Source: an uncultured delta proteobacterium (GTDB taxonomy: Bacteria > Myxococcota_A > Polyangia > Polyangiales > Polyangiaceae). Taken from it: 64,000 nt of DNA. Shown here in pieces: positions 51,260-60,420 of this stretch. Numbering within the stretch: position 1 is the first letter of the stretch; each line of letters begins with the position of its first letter. The stretch lies in contig CAWJCS010000006.1 of NCBI GenBank assembly GCA_963841435.1, positions 1,184,001 to 1,248,000 of the forward strand, given 5' to 3'. The notes beneath the pieces were generated by a model that was not told the origin of the DNA, did not search any database, and worked only from the letters and a program-made list of their open reading frames with translations. The position numbers were made by a program, and so were the translations under genes.

Positions 51260-52359
51260 ACGTGCGCGACAGCGATCCGGATCTGGTGCGCACGTTGCGG
51301 GAGCTCGGCTCGGGTGGTGTCCCCGTCGCGGATGCCGGGCGCGCGGAATACCAGCGCGAGCGCGTCATCCGTGTGATCGGACGTGCGCTCCAAAGCGTGC
51401 GGAGCGCGCACCGCCGCGGCCGGCGCACTTTCGGGATCGTCGCCGCCGCGGCCCTGCTCGCGCTCGCGGTGGGCGGTGCTCGGCTGGCGCTCGGGAGCGG
51501 CACGGAAACCGCCACCGGCGACGTCGCGACGGGCGCCGTGGCGGCGCGCAGCGTCTTCGGCACCGTCACCGTCACGGGAGTCGGCGTGCCCCACGCGGCG
51601 GTGGTGGGTGATCTGTTCCGCGGCGGCGAGGCCGTCACGACGGCCCTCGATTCGAAGATCGATCTCTCGGTCGAGTCCGGCGTCGCCGCTCTCGGCGCGT
51701 CGAGCCATCTCGAGTTCATGACGCCCAATCAGAAGGAGCGGCGCGTGCGGCTCTCGGCCGGGCGCGTCAACGTGGACCTGCCCGTGAAGCTGCGCGGTGG
51801 GCGCCATCTGGTCGTCGAAACCCCGGATGTAGACGTGCTCGTGGTCGGTACCGCGTTCAGCGTGGGTGTGGACCGGCAGGGGACGGAAACGACGACGCGC
51901 GTCAACGTCCAGCGCGGGACGGTCTGGGTCGTGAAGGGTGGCCGGCAAGAAGCGGTGCTGGTTGCTGGTCAGTCGTGGCGTTCCGGGGCGCCCGTTGCCG
52001 CCACGACCACCGCTCCTGCGGAGTCTTCCGCGACGGCGCCGAAAGCCTCCGTTCGGGCGTCGCGGTCGGGCGATTCGGGAACCCTCGCCGACGAAAACCG
52101 AATGTTTCAAGCGGGTCTCTCGGCGCGCAACGCGGGCGACGCCCAGGCTGCCGCCGACGCGTTCGGTGCGTTGCTCGCTCGCTACCCCCGCTCCGTTCTG
52201 GCCGAGCAAGCCCTCGCCGAGCGCTTCCGCGCGCTCGGGCGTGCTGGCAATACTTCGTCGGCCGCGGCCGCGGCACGCCGCTATCTCGCGAGCTACCCCA
52301 GGGGTTTTGCGCGCGTTGAGGCGGAACGGGTCACACGGGGGTCTCTCGGCGCGCGTTGA
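51256..52359 (+). CDS. FecR-domain anti-sigma factor with C-terminal TPR
   Basis: One TM, VETPDVDVLVVGTAFSV FecR motif and YLASYPRG TPR end; overlaps the sigma stop (GTGA). Confidence 0.85.
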   Translation: MNVRDSDPDLVRTLRELGSGGVPVADAGRAEYQRERVIRVIGRALQSVRSAHRRGRRTFGIVAAAALLALAVGGARLALGSGTETATGDVATGAVAARSVFGTVTVTGVGVPHAAVVGDLFRGGEAVTTALDSKIDLSVESGVAALGASSHLEFMTPNQKERRVRLSAGRVNVDLPVKLRGGRHLVVETPDVDVLVVGTAFSVGVDRQGTETTTRVNVQRGTVWVVKGGRQEAVLVAGQSWRSGAPVAATTTAPAESSATAPKASVRASRSGDSGTLADENRMFQAGLSARNAGDAQAAADAFGALLARYPRSVLAEQALAERFRALGRAGNTSSAAAAARRYLASYPRGFARVEAERVTRGSLGAR

Positions 52360-52472
52360 TGAGCCGGGTGCGCGCGCATCGCACATCAGAGCCTGATTGC
52401 GAGAAGCCGAAGTTACTTAGGGGAGCGTGCGTCGGGTGATGACATCCACGTGCCGCCCTAGGAGGCTTCCCG

Positions 52473-53135
52473 ATGAGGTTTATCAACGTTGGTTTTGGTC
52501 TCGTGGTGTCCGGCGCCCTGGCTACGGCAGTCTCCGGATGCGGTGGTGGTGACGACGACGCGAACGCCCCAATCGTGCCGAGCACGGGCGGCAGCTCGGC
52601 CACGGGTGGCAGCTCCGGCACGGGCGGCACCTCCGGCACGAGCACGGGCGGCACGACGAGCACGGGCGGTACGGGTGGCACGCTGAGCACCGGCGGCACG
52701 AGCGGTACCGGTACTGGCGGTACGGGCGGCACATTGAGCACAGGCGGCACGAGCGGCACGGGCGGCACCGCTGGCATGGCGGGCGGCGGTGGTCGCTTCG
52801 GTGGCGACGCTGGCGGCGCCGGTATGGCGGGCGGCGGTGGTCGCTTCGGCGGCGACGCTGGCGGCGCCGGCATGGCTGGTGGCGGTGGTCGCTTCGGCGG
52901 CGACGCCGGTGGCGCCGGCATGGCTGGCGGCGGTGGCCGCATGGGTGGCAACGCTGGCGGCGGTGGCCGCATGGGTGGCAATGCCGGCAACGCTGGCGGC
53001 GGTGGCCGCATGGGTGGCAATGCCGGCAACGCTGGCGGCGGTGGCCGCATGGGTGGCAACGCTGGCGGCGGCGGCCGCATGGGCGGCAACGCTGGCGGCG
53101 CTGGCATGGCCGACGGCGGAACCGCCGGCGCCTGA
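52473..53135 (+). CDS. Gly-rich low-complexity lipoprotein with eight GGGGR[F/M]GG repeats
   Basis: AGGAGG RBS, lipobox VSGC, TGG repeats, then GGGGRFGGDA x3 and GGGGRMGGNA x5. Confidence 0.8.
   Translation: MRFINVGFGLVVSGALATAVSGCGGGDDDANAPIVPSTGGSSATGGSSGTGGTSGTSTGGTTSTGGTGGTLSTGGTSGTGTGGTGGTLSTGGTSGTGGTAGMAGGGGRFGGDAGGAGMAGGGGRFGGDAGGAGMAGGGGRFGGDAGGAGMAGGGGRMGGNAGGGGRMGGNAGNAGGGGRMGGNAGNAGGGGRMGGNAGGGGRMGGNAGGAGMADGGTAGA
52770..53110 (+). repeat. Coding tandem repeats (48-bp units followed by 30/39-bp units)
   Basis: GCTGGCATGGCGGGCGGCGGTGGTCGCTTCGGTGGCGACGCTGGCGGC-type unit x3, then GGCGGCGGTGGCCGCATGGGTGGCAA(C/T) x5. Confidence 0.9.
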
Positions 53136-53234
53136 GCGGTTCAGAGCTCGCGGCGAGCGCGGCGCCGGGGCGGCCCACGCCCCGGCGACGCGTGACGCGG
53201 CTCGAGCCCCCCGAGGGCGACTAAGCTCTTCCCG

Positions 53235-54752
53235 ATGCGGCTCCTGGGTCGCCTGAAGAGCGTTTATCTCGGCGCCGACGAGCGCAGTCTCGCCGCGGGG
53301 CGCATCGCGCTCGCGGTCGTTCTGCTGCTCGATCTCGCGCGCCGCGCGCGCGAGATCGACACCCTCTACTCCAACGATGGGCTCTTGCCGAACCACACGG
53401 TGCTGTGGCGGCCGTCGTCGAGCCACGTCTTCTCTTTCTTCTTCATGGCGTCGCACGGCTACGAGGCGGCGCTCGGCTTCGCGCTCTGTGCGCTCGTCTA
53501 CGCGGGCCTCCTCTTCGGCCATAAAACCCAGTTCTGCCAAGTCGCGAGCCTTCTGTGCGTGCTCAGCCTGCACGGCCGCACGCAATTCGCGCAGAACGGC
53601 GGCGACAACGTGCTCGGCGAGCTCTGCCTGTTCGCGGCGTTCTTGCCGCTGGGGCGTCGCTACGCGCTCGATGCCCGCGAACAGGCCGCCGGGCAGCGCG
53701 ATGTCCGGTCGCTCGCCATGCTCGCGCTACGTCTCCAGATTGCCACGATCTACGCGTTCAACGCGCTGCAGAAGACGGGACCGACCTGGCGCGACGGGAG
53801 CGTCGTCCACTACATGCTGCACCAGGACGGCATCGTCACGATGCTCGGGGCCTGGCTGCGCGACCGGCTCACGCTGGGCGAATCGGCCGTCATGACGCAT
53901 GCGGCGCACGCGATCGAGGCGGCGTTGCCGTTGTTGATCCTGTCTCCGGTCGCCGTGCCCCACGCGCGGCGCCTCGCAGCAGCGCTCATGCTCGCCTTGC
54001 ACGGTGGCTTTGCGCTGGCTCTGAACCTCGGGATCTTCTCCTTCGCGATGCTCGCGTTCGCCCCATTTTTACTGCCGGGGGAGGACATCGAGCGTTTCGT
54101 CGGCTGGCTCGATAGAACTTCGAAGCGCCACCTCGGCGACACGCGACGACGACTCGTCGCATGGCGCGATCGCTTGCCCCAGGTGACTTCGCGAGGGCGT
54201 CCGGCCCGAACGGAGCCGCACCGGCGCCGTGCGCTCGTGCGACTCGGCGAGGTGACGATCGTCGTCATCATGGGCGTGGCCGGTTGCCAGGAGCTGGTCG
54301 ACAACCCCGTCACGGGGGTCGACCTCTCGTGGCGTCCGCGCGCCGTGGGCGTCGCCGTCGATTACCTGCAGATGCTCGAGGCCTGGGCGATGTACGCGCC
54401 CGACGCGCCCACCACCGACACGAACCTCTGGGTCAACGCCGTGACGCGCGACGGCCGCCACGTCGATCCGTTCAACGAGCGGGCGAGCCCCGGCGCACCC
54501 CGCCCGGGCGGCGCGATTCCCGCGCATCTCGGCCAGAGCTGCCTGCTCTACGCCTACGCGCTCCGCATCCCCTACCAGCCGGCGTACCACCGAGCGCTCG
54601 GCGAATGGATCCTGCGTTACCCGGAGCGCACGGGGCACGCCGGGGACGAGATCCGCTCGTTTTCCGTCTACGCCGTCGAGGACGAGAGTCCCCCGCCGGG
54701 AGAGCGCGAGCCACGACGGGCGAAAGCGCGGTTCTTATTCGGCTATCCGTGA
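53235..54752 (+). CDS. HTTM-domain (SdpB/vitamin-K carboxylase-like) membrane protein
   Basis: D.RSLA..RI, YSNDGLLP, NGGD, K.GPTWRDG and C-terminal WAMYAP motifs. Confidence 0.82.
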   Translation: MRLLGRLKSVYLGADERSLAAGRIALAVVLLLDLARRAREIDTLYSNDGLLPNHTVLWRPSSSHVFSFFFMASHGYEAALGFALCALVYAGLLFGHKTQFCQVASLLCVLSLHGRTQFAQNGGDNVLGELCLFAAFLPLGRRYALDAREQAAGQRDVRSLAMLALRLQIATIYAFNALQKTGPTWRDGSVVHYMLHQDGIVTMLGAWLRDRLTLGESAVMTHAAHAIEAALPLLILSPVAVPHARRLAAALMLALHGGFALALNLGIFSFAMLAFAPFLLPGEDIERFVGWLDRTSKRHLGDTRRRLVAWRDRLPQVTSRGRPARTEPHRRRALVRLGEVTIVVIMGVAGCQELVDNPVTGVDLSWRPRAVGVAVDYLQMLEAWAMYAPDAPTTDTNLWVNAVTRDGRHVDPFNERASPGAPRPGGAIPAHLGQSCLLYAYALRIPYQPAYHRALGEWILRYPERTGHAGDEIRSFSVYAVEDESPPPGEREPRRAKARFLFGYP

Positions 54753-54762
54753 CGAGGCGACG

Positions 54763-55827
54763 CTAGTCGGTGTCCCACCAGAAGTAGCTGTGGATGCGAA
54801 ACTCCTGCTCGGGGAGCTTCTTTCCCTCGAGCTCGCCCGCGAAGTGAGCGTCGTAGCTCGACATGGGATTCGCGCGCATCACGAGGCGGCCGCGCAAGGT
54901 GTCCCCGATGTGAACCTCGAGGGGCTTCGCGAAAACGAAGCGCAGCTGCGCCCAGTGCGTGCGTGGCGCGTCGGGCGCCGTGCTCAAAACGACGCGCTCG
55001 GTCGTGCCCTCGAAGGTGACGTCGAACCAGCCGGCGAGCCCGTGAATCGTGCCGGGGTGTGTCGCGACGAACTCGAACGGAAGCACGATCTCGGCGAGGT
55101 CGTCGAGCGGTACCGTGCGAAAGTCGAAGCCGTGCACCACGGGGCTTGCCATGAGCAGGCGGGGAGGGACGAAGCCGAGCGCCGGCATCGCGGAGAGTTC
55201 CTCCGCCGCCACCGACCCGAGGCCCGACAGGTCAACGCCGAAGAAATCGGTCTGCTCCCAGAACTTCTTACGGGAGACGCGGCCCTCGAAAAGCTTCTGA
55301 TCGACGAAGGGGGCGAGCCAGAGCCGACCGGTCGTTGGAAAGAGCGTGCCGCCAGGGCGGAGGAAGCGATCACGCGCGATCAGGAACGCCTCGACCATCC
55401 GCTCGTGGAACAGGAAAAATCCCCACGGCTCCGAGATGATCACGTCGATCGGCTCGGGCATGGAGAGCTCGGCGAGCTGGCCCTTGACGATGACGACCCG
55501 GTCGCTCATGCCATTGTGCTCGAACAGGCGGCGCGCATGCTCGGCCGTTGCCGTTCCCTCGACGGCGTACACCTTGCGAGCGCCGGCGAGCGCCGCGAAC
55601 GCCGACAGGATCCCCGTGCCCGCGCCCACGTCGAGCACGACCTTACCCGCGAAGTCGGCGCGATTGCCGACGATGCCCTGCCGGTAGGCGCCGGTGCGCT
55701 CGCGATCCTCGAGCATCGCCTGTTGGTTCGCGAGGAAGTGGTAGTGGGCCGAATGGACGGCACCCCACTCCGGGAGCACGGGAACGAGCTTGCTCCCGGC
55801 GTCCGGTTTCGGGCTCGAAGACGCCAT
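54763..55827 (-). CDS. Protein arginine N-methyltransferase, CARM1/PRMT4-like
   Basis: QQAMLED..RT..Y, VLDVGAGTG, VYAVE, DVIISEPWGFFLFHERM (double-E loop), FLRPGG, HGLAGWFD and LSTAP..P.THW motifs. Confidence 0.9.
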   Translation of the reverse strand: MASSSPKPDAGSKLVPVLPEWGAVHSAHYHFLANQQAMLEDRERTGAYRQGIVGNRADFAGKVVLDVGAGTGILSAFAALAGARKVYAVEGTATAEHARRLFEHNGMSDRVVIVKGQLAELSMPEPIDVIISEPWGFFLFHERMVEAFLIARDRFLRPGGTLFPTTGRLWLAPFVDQKLFEGRVSRKKFWEQTDFFGVDLSGLGSVAAEELSAMPALGFVPPRLLMASPVVHGFDFRTVPLDDLAEIVLPFEFVATHPGTIHGLAGWFDVTFEGTTERVVLSTAPDAPRTHWAQLRFVFAKPLEVHIGDTLRGRLVMRANPMSSYDAHFAGELEGKKLPEQEFRIHSYFWWDTD

Positions 55828-55850
55828 CGTAGAGCTCTTGGATCGAGGGC

Positions 55851-57170
55851 TCAGCCGCCCTTTGCCGCACAGCGCATGGCGCACTGCAGGTCGCCGGAGG
55901 AACAGCCGCACTTGCTGCGCGGCTTGGCTGGCGCGGCCGCAGGCTCGCTGCCGCCGCTCGTGCTCGAACCCGAGCTCGACGACGACTTCTTCGTGGAGGT
56001 CACGCGGCGAGTCGTGGTCGTCCTCTTTTTCTCGGGCTTGTCGGGTCCCTCGTCGTCCGCCGACCCCGTGGGTGGTGGGGCCGCCGTGAGGGTCGGGGTG
56101 GGGGTCGGCGTTGGTGCTGCTGCCGGGGGAGGAGGCGGCAGTGGCGCCTCGACGACGGGCGGCGGCGGAGCCGGACGCAGGATGACGGCGAGCGCCACGA
56201 TCACGGCGGCGGCGACGATGGCGATGGCGATGAAGAGGCCCGTCTTGCTCTTCTGTGGCGACGCGAGATCCGCCGCCGTGAGCCCGCCGCCGAGCGGTGA
56301 GCCCAGGCCGAGCGGGGCCGAGACGCCGAGCGGCGCCGTGCCGAGCGGTGACATCGCCGGGGCCGCAGTGAGTGGCTGGGCCGCGGCGGCGCCCTCGGAC
56401 TTCACGGCGGCGGCCGTGAGTGCCTTCAGATCGATGAGACCCGAGTCGTCACGGCTCGCGGTCGTGGAGGAGCCGCGTGGAGCCGGCGCCGACCGCGACG
56501 GCGACGACGCCGACGCCAACGTCAGCGCGCTCAGCGAGAACAGCACCGACGACTCATTGCGCGCGCCGGTTGCTCCAGCCAACCCGCCGCCTCCCAATCC
56601 CCCGGGTTCGGGAGCGCTGGTCGCGACGTCCTCCTCGCTGCCGGCGCGGTCGATGCGTCCGAAGAGGTCGCTGCCCGCTGCCCGCGCGGGCCGAGCGGCC
56701 GCTCTCACGGGGCTTGGTTGGGGCGGCGGCGCTTCGGACTTGGCTTCCCAGGGCGATGCCGCGGGGGCCGGCGCCGCTTGCGCGTGGCCTGCCGCCGCGT
56801 GCAGCGCTTCCACGATCTCGTCAACCTCGGACAGCGCCTTCCAATCCTCGAAGCCGTCTGCCCAAACGTACGTTTCGCCCGTGATCTGGCCTGCATTGTA
56901 GGCTGCAACGATCTCGGCGACCGGCATCGTGCGCTGATCGCCGTCACCGAGGTCCACCGAATACTCAGGGCCTGTTTCCGCCTGTTCGCTCATGGGATGC
57001 TCTTCTGCCGGTTCCCCGCCCGTTGAAGCCGTGACGGACGGAGGGTTCACCTTACCGTCGATGACGATGGTCGCGCCGCACTTGCGGCAGCGGATCTTCG
57101 CCAGCCGAGACACCACCTTCTCGTCGGAGATGGAGTACTTCGCGGAGCAGGAGGGACAACTTATCTTCAC
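55851..57170 (-). CDS. Zinc-ribbon + GYF_2 domain membrane protein (AgmX/GltJ-like)
   Basis: CPSC...CRKC, TYVWADGFEDW, RNESSVLFSL, TM helix, Pro-rich stalk and 4-Cys C-terminus. Confidence 0.8.
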   Translation of the reverse strand: MKISCPSCSAKYSISDEKVVSRLAKIRCRKCGATIVIDGKVNPPSVTASTGGEPAEEHPMSEQAETGPEYSVDLGDGDQRTMPVAEIVAAYNAGQITGETYVWADGFEDWKALSEVDEIVEALHAAAGHAQAAPAPAASPWEAKSEAPPPQPSPVRAAARPARAAGSDLFGRIDRAGSEEDVATSAPEPGGLGGGGLAGATGARNESSVLFSLSALTLASASSPSRSAPAPRGSSTTASRDDSGLIDLKALTAAAVKSEGAAAAQPLTAAPAMSPLGTAPLGVSAPLGLGSPLGGGLTAADLASPQKSKTGLFIAIAIVAAAVIVALAVILRPAPPPPVVEAPLPPPPPAAAPTPTPTPTLTAAPPPTGSADDEGPDKPEKKRTTTTRRVTSTKKSSSSSGSSTSGGSEPAAAPAKPRSKCGCSSGDLQCAMRCAAKGG

Positions 57171-57482
57171 GCTTGGCCTCGTGAGGGACCCGGGCTGGGG
57201 TACAGGGATACTATCATCGGAAAGAGACCGCTCCGGTCCAGCGGTCGCATCATTAACCAAGCAATACGGAGCGCTCTGCGATTCGGTCTGGCCTGCCTAG
57301 CAGACGGTGAAACGGGCGCCGGAGCGCACCCTTTTAGCTAGATTCGCCCGTGAGCGCCAGCTTCAAGGGCGAGAGCCTGCCCGACCGAGTTCGACACCCC
57401 CTTCTTCCAAAGGCTTTGCTAGTTTTTGGGGGCTCGGGGCCGGGAGGGTCGGAAAACGCTGGGATTTGGAGGCCTTCCCGGG

Positions 57483-58146
57483 TCAAGGCTCGCCCTCCGG
57501 CCCCCGGCCCAGCCGGGAAAGGGCGGTCAGCGCGGCGATTCGCTCGGCGAGCTCCGGATTTTCGCCGTCCTCGGCACGCAATGCACGAAACAACTCGTGC
57601 GTCGCGGCCGCGAGATCGCCTTCGGTGATTCGCGCTTCCGCGCGCTTGGCGTAGAGCTTCGCCGCCTTCGAACGGCAGAGCTCGTCGAGTGAACGAGCTC
57701 CCGTGTCGGCCCGATCGGCCGTCGTGCCGTCGGAGTCAACATCGAGCCGGAGCTCGCCCTTCGCGAGGGCGAGATCGTAGGCCGCGCGACGCTCCGGCAC
57801 GATGAGCGCCTGGTACGCCTCGACGCCCCGCCGGAAGACTCGCAGGGCAATCCGACGCGCAGCGTCATCGCCGCGCGACTGGGCGTCGGGGTGGAACGCC
57901 AGGGAAAATTCGTGGAACGCGCTTCGGATCGCGTCGGCGTCCGCAATCTCGAGGACGCCGAGGATCTCGTAGTAGCTCGCGTCGTCGAGCACGCCGTCCC
58001 ACGCCATCAGGTGCGCGAGATTCGAGCGACGCCGCGTCCTCGGCGGGCTCGAGAGGATCGAAGCCGGCGTCGGGTGACGGCTCGATGGGCGGCCGGCTCG
58101 AGCCCGGACCAGCGCCGTCGTCGCCCGCATCGTTTGCTTCGCTCAT
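57483..58146 (-). CDS. J-domain protein (probable frameshift ~58020 in the N-terminal part)
   Basis: YYEILGV...FHPD...EAY..L....RRAAYD; adjacent to the Hsp70 gene. Confidence 0.8.
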
Positions 58147-58163
58147 GTAAAAACGAGCACCGC

Positions 58164-60420
58164 TCAACCGGTGCGCTGGGCGGCGTGACGCGCTGCGAGG
58201 CCGGCGACGTGTTCGGGCTCGGGAATGGCGACCATGTGGACCTTCGCCAACGTCTCTCGCCCGGTCTGCACGTCGCGTGCGCTCACCTCGAGCAGACCGT
58301 CCGTGTCGAGCGCGAAAGTCACCGCGACCTCCACCGTGCCGCGCGAGCCTGCGCGCAGACCCGTGAGCTCGAGCTCTCCGAGCAACGTGTTTTCAGCGAA
58401 CCGACTCGACTCGCCCTGACCGATGCGCACTCGTACAATCGTCTGGTTGTCGGATGCCGTGACGAAGTTTCGTCGCTTGCTGCAGGGCACGGGCGTGTTG
58501 CGAGCGATCAACGAGTCGGAGTAACCGCCGATGGTCTCGACGGAGAGCGTGAGCGGCGTCACGTCGATGAGCACGGGAGGTGGAGCCGCGAGCGGCATGG
58601 GGGCGGGCGCTGGGAGCGGAGCGGTGAGCGCTGCGGCCGCCGCCGCGGGAGCGGGCACCGAGGGCAGCGGGGGACCGGCGTCCGCGGGCGGCGGCATGGG
58701 CGGTGCGGGGCCGACCCGCGTGGGAGCGTCGTCGGGCACCTCGGGAAGCGGCAAGGACGCTTCGTCGAGATCCTCGAGCTCGGCGGGCTCGAGTAGCTCG
58801 ATGTCGTGGACGCTCGTCGAGGCCGGCGGAGGGGGTGGGGGCGGCGGAGGGGGCGGAGGTAGAGGTAGGGGCGGTAGCCGTGGCGCTGCGCGCCCAGGGG
58901 TGTCCGGTGGAGACAGCGGTGGCGCGAGCGCTGCCGTGCGGGCCGCGTCGCCGAGGCCGCTGCCGGTCTTCGTCCGCGCGCGGGCGCCGAGGCCGAGCAG
59001 CGTCGACCCTTCACGGTGCGTCGGGGTCTCGGGCGTGAGCGCCGCGGGCGGCTGCGCAACGCCCGGTCGCGTCACCATGCCGCGGCGTGGCTCGAACGGC
59101 TTGGTCTCGGGTGCGACCTCGCCCTCGGCCACCATGCTGCTCAGCCTGACGCGCCCGGGTTCGGCGGGGCCGCCGCTCGCGTCGCCGCTCGGTCGCGTCG
59201 TGCGCGCGACGCCGCGCTGCGTGTTCGCAAGGCGTGCAGGCACCGGCGGCGCGGGCACCGGGGCGCGTCGCCGCTCCGTTCCCGAAAGCGCGCTCGCCTG
59301 AATCGCGGCGCCCACCGCGACGACCTCGTCGGGGCTGACGTGGTGGTTTCCTTCGCGGCGGAAGAATTCCTCCACGCGCCGGCGAACGAGGGGAATTCGT
59401 GTCGACCCGCCGACCAGCAGCACCTGATCGAGGTCGGTCACGGAGAGCCGCGCCACGCCGAGCGCCTCGCGGCAAACGTCGAACGTCTGATCGACGATCG
59501 GCGCGATCGTGATCTCGAGCTCGCCCCGCGTCATCTCGAAGTTGAAATCGATCGAGCGCCCGTCGGGACCGTGCACGACGTCCTCCATCGAGACGCTCGC
59601 GGAGTCGTCCGTCGAACAGGCGCTGCTTCAGATCCTCGGCGGCAATCCGGAAGCGGTCGAACAGCACCGGGTCGGTGCGCACGTCGTAGCGGTGCTTGCG
59701 GAGGAAGAGCTCCGCCATGCGCTCGGCGATCGCGACGTCGATGTCGTCGCCGCCGAGGAACGTGTTGCCGGCCGTCGCGAGCACCTCGAAAACGTTGTTC
59801 GACAGATCGAGCAAGGTCACGTCGAACGTGCCGCCGCCGAAATCGTAGACGGCGATGCGCTCGGCGCTGTCCTTGCCGTAGCCGTACGCAAGCGCGGCGG
59901 CCGTGGGCTCGTTGAGGATGCGCAGCACCTCGAGTCCCGCGACGCGTCCGGCCACCTTCGTGGCGGCACGTTGCAGGTCGTTGAAATTTGCCGGCACGGT
60001 GATGACGGCCTGCTCGACGGGCACTCCGAGCGCGGCCTCGGCCACGGTCTTCGCCTTACGCAGCACGAACGCGCTGATCTCGGGCAGCGTGTAGGTTTCG
60101 CCGCGCGCGAACACGAGCGTGGACTGGCCGGGGCCCTCGCGCATCTCGAAGGGCAAGCGCGAACGCGCGCGCCGGACCTCCTCGGTGTCCCAGCTGCGTC
60201 CGATGAGCCGCTTGACCGAGTAGATCGTGCTCCCGGGGTCGATGATGCGGCGATCCTTGGCCGTGCGTCCGACGAGCACGCTGCCGTTCGGGTGGAAGGA
60301 CACCACCGAGGGAATCAGCGTGTTTTCCCGCTCGTCCGGCAGTGGCTGAGCTTCGCCGTCCCGAACGGCCGCGACGACGGTGTTGGTCGTCCCGAGGTCG
60401 ATGCCGACGACCTCGCTCAC
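58164..60420 (-). CDS. Hsp70/DnaK-family paralogue with Pro-rich insertion (frameshift ~59615)
   Basis: GIDLGTTN, TVPANF, NEPTAAA, DFGGGTFD, VGGSTRIP and DVTPLTL motifs across ORFs 59011..60870 and 58164..59588. Confidence 0.92.

Noticed and set aside
52770-53110. Possible CRISPR array or non-coding repeat
   Set aside because: The units are contiguous multiples of 3 with no unique spacers and lie within an ORF that has an RBS and lipobox; no cas genes are present.
54763-55827. PrmA (L11 lysine methyltransferase) call or eukaryotic contamination
   Set aside because: The double-E loop, THW loop and barrel are PRMT-specific; the gene is intronless, GC-matched and tightly packed with bacterial genes.
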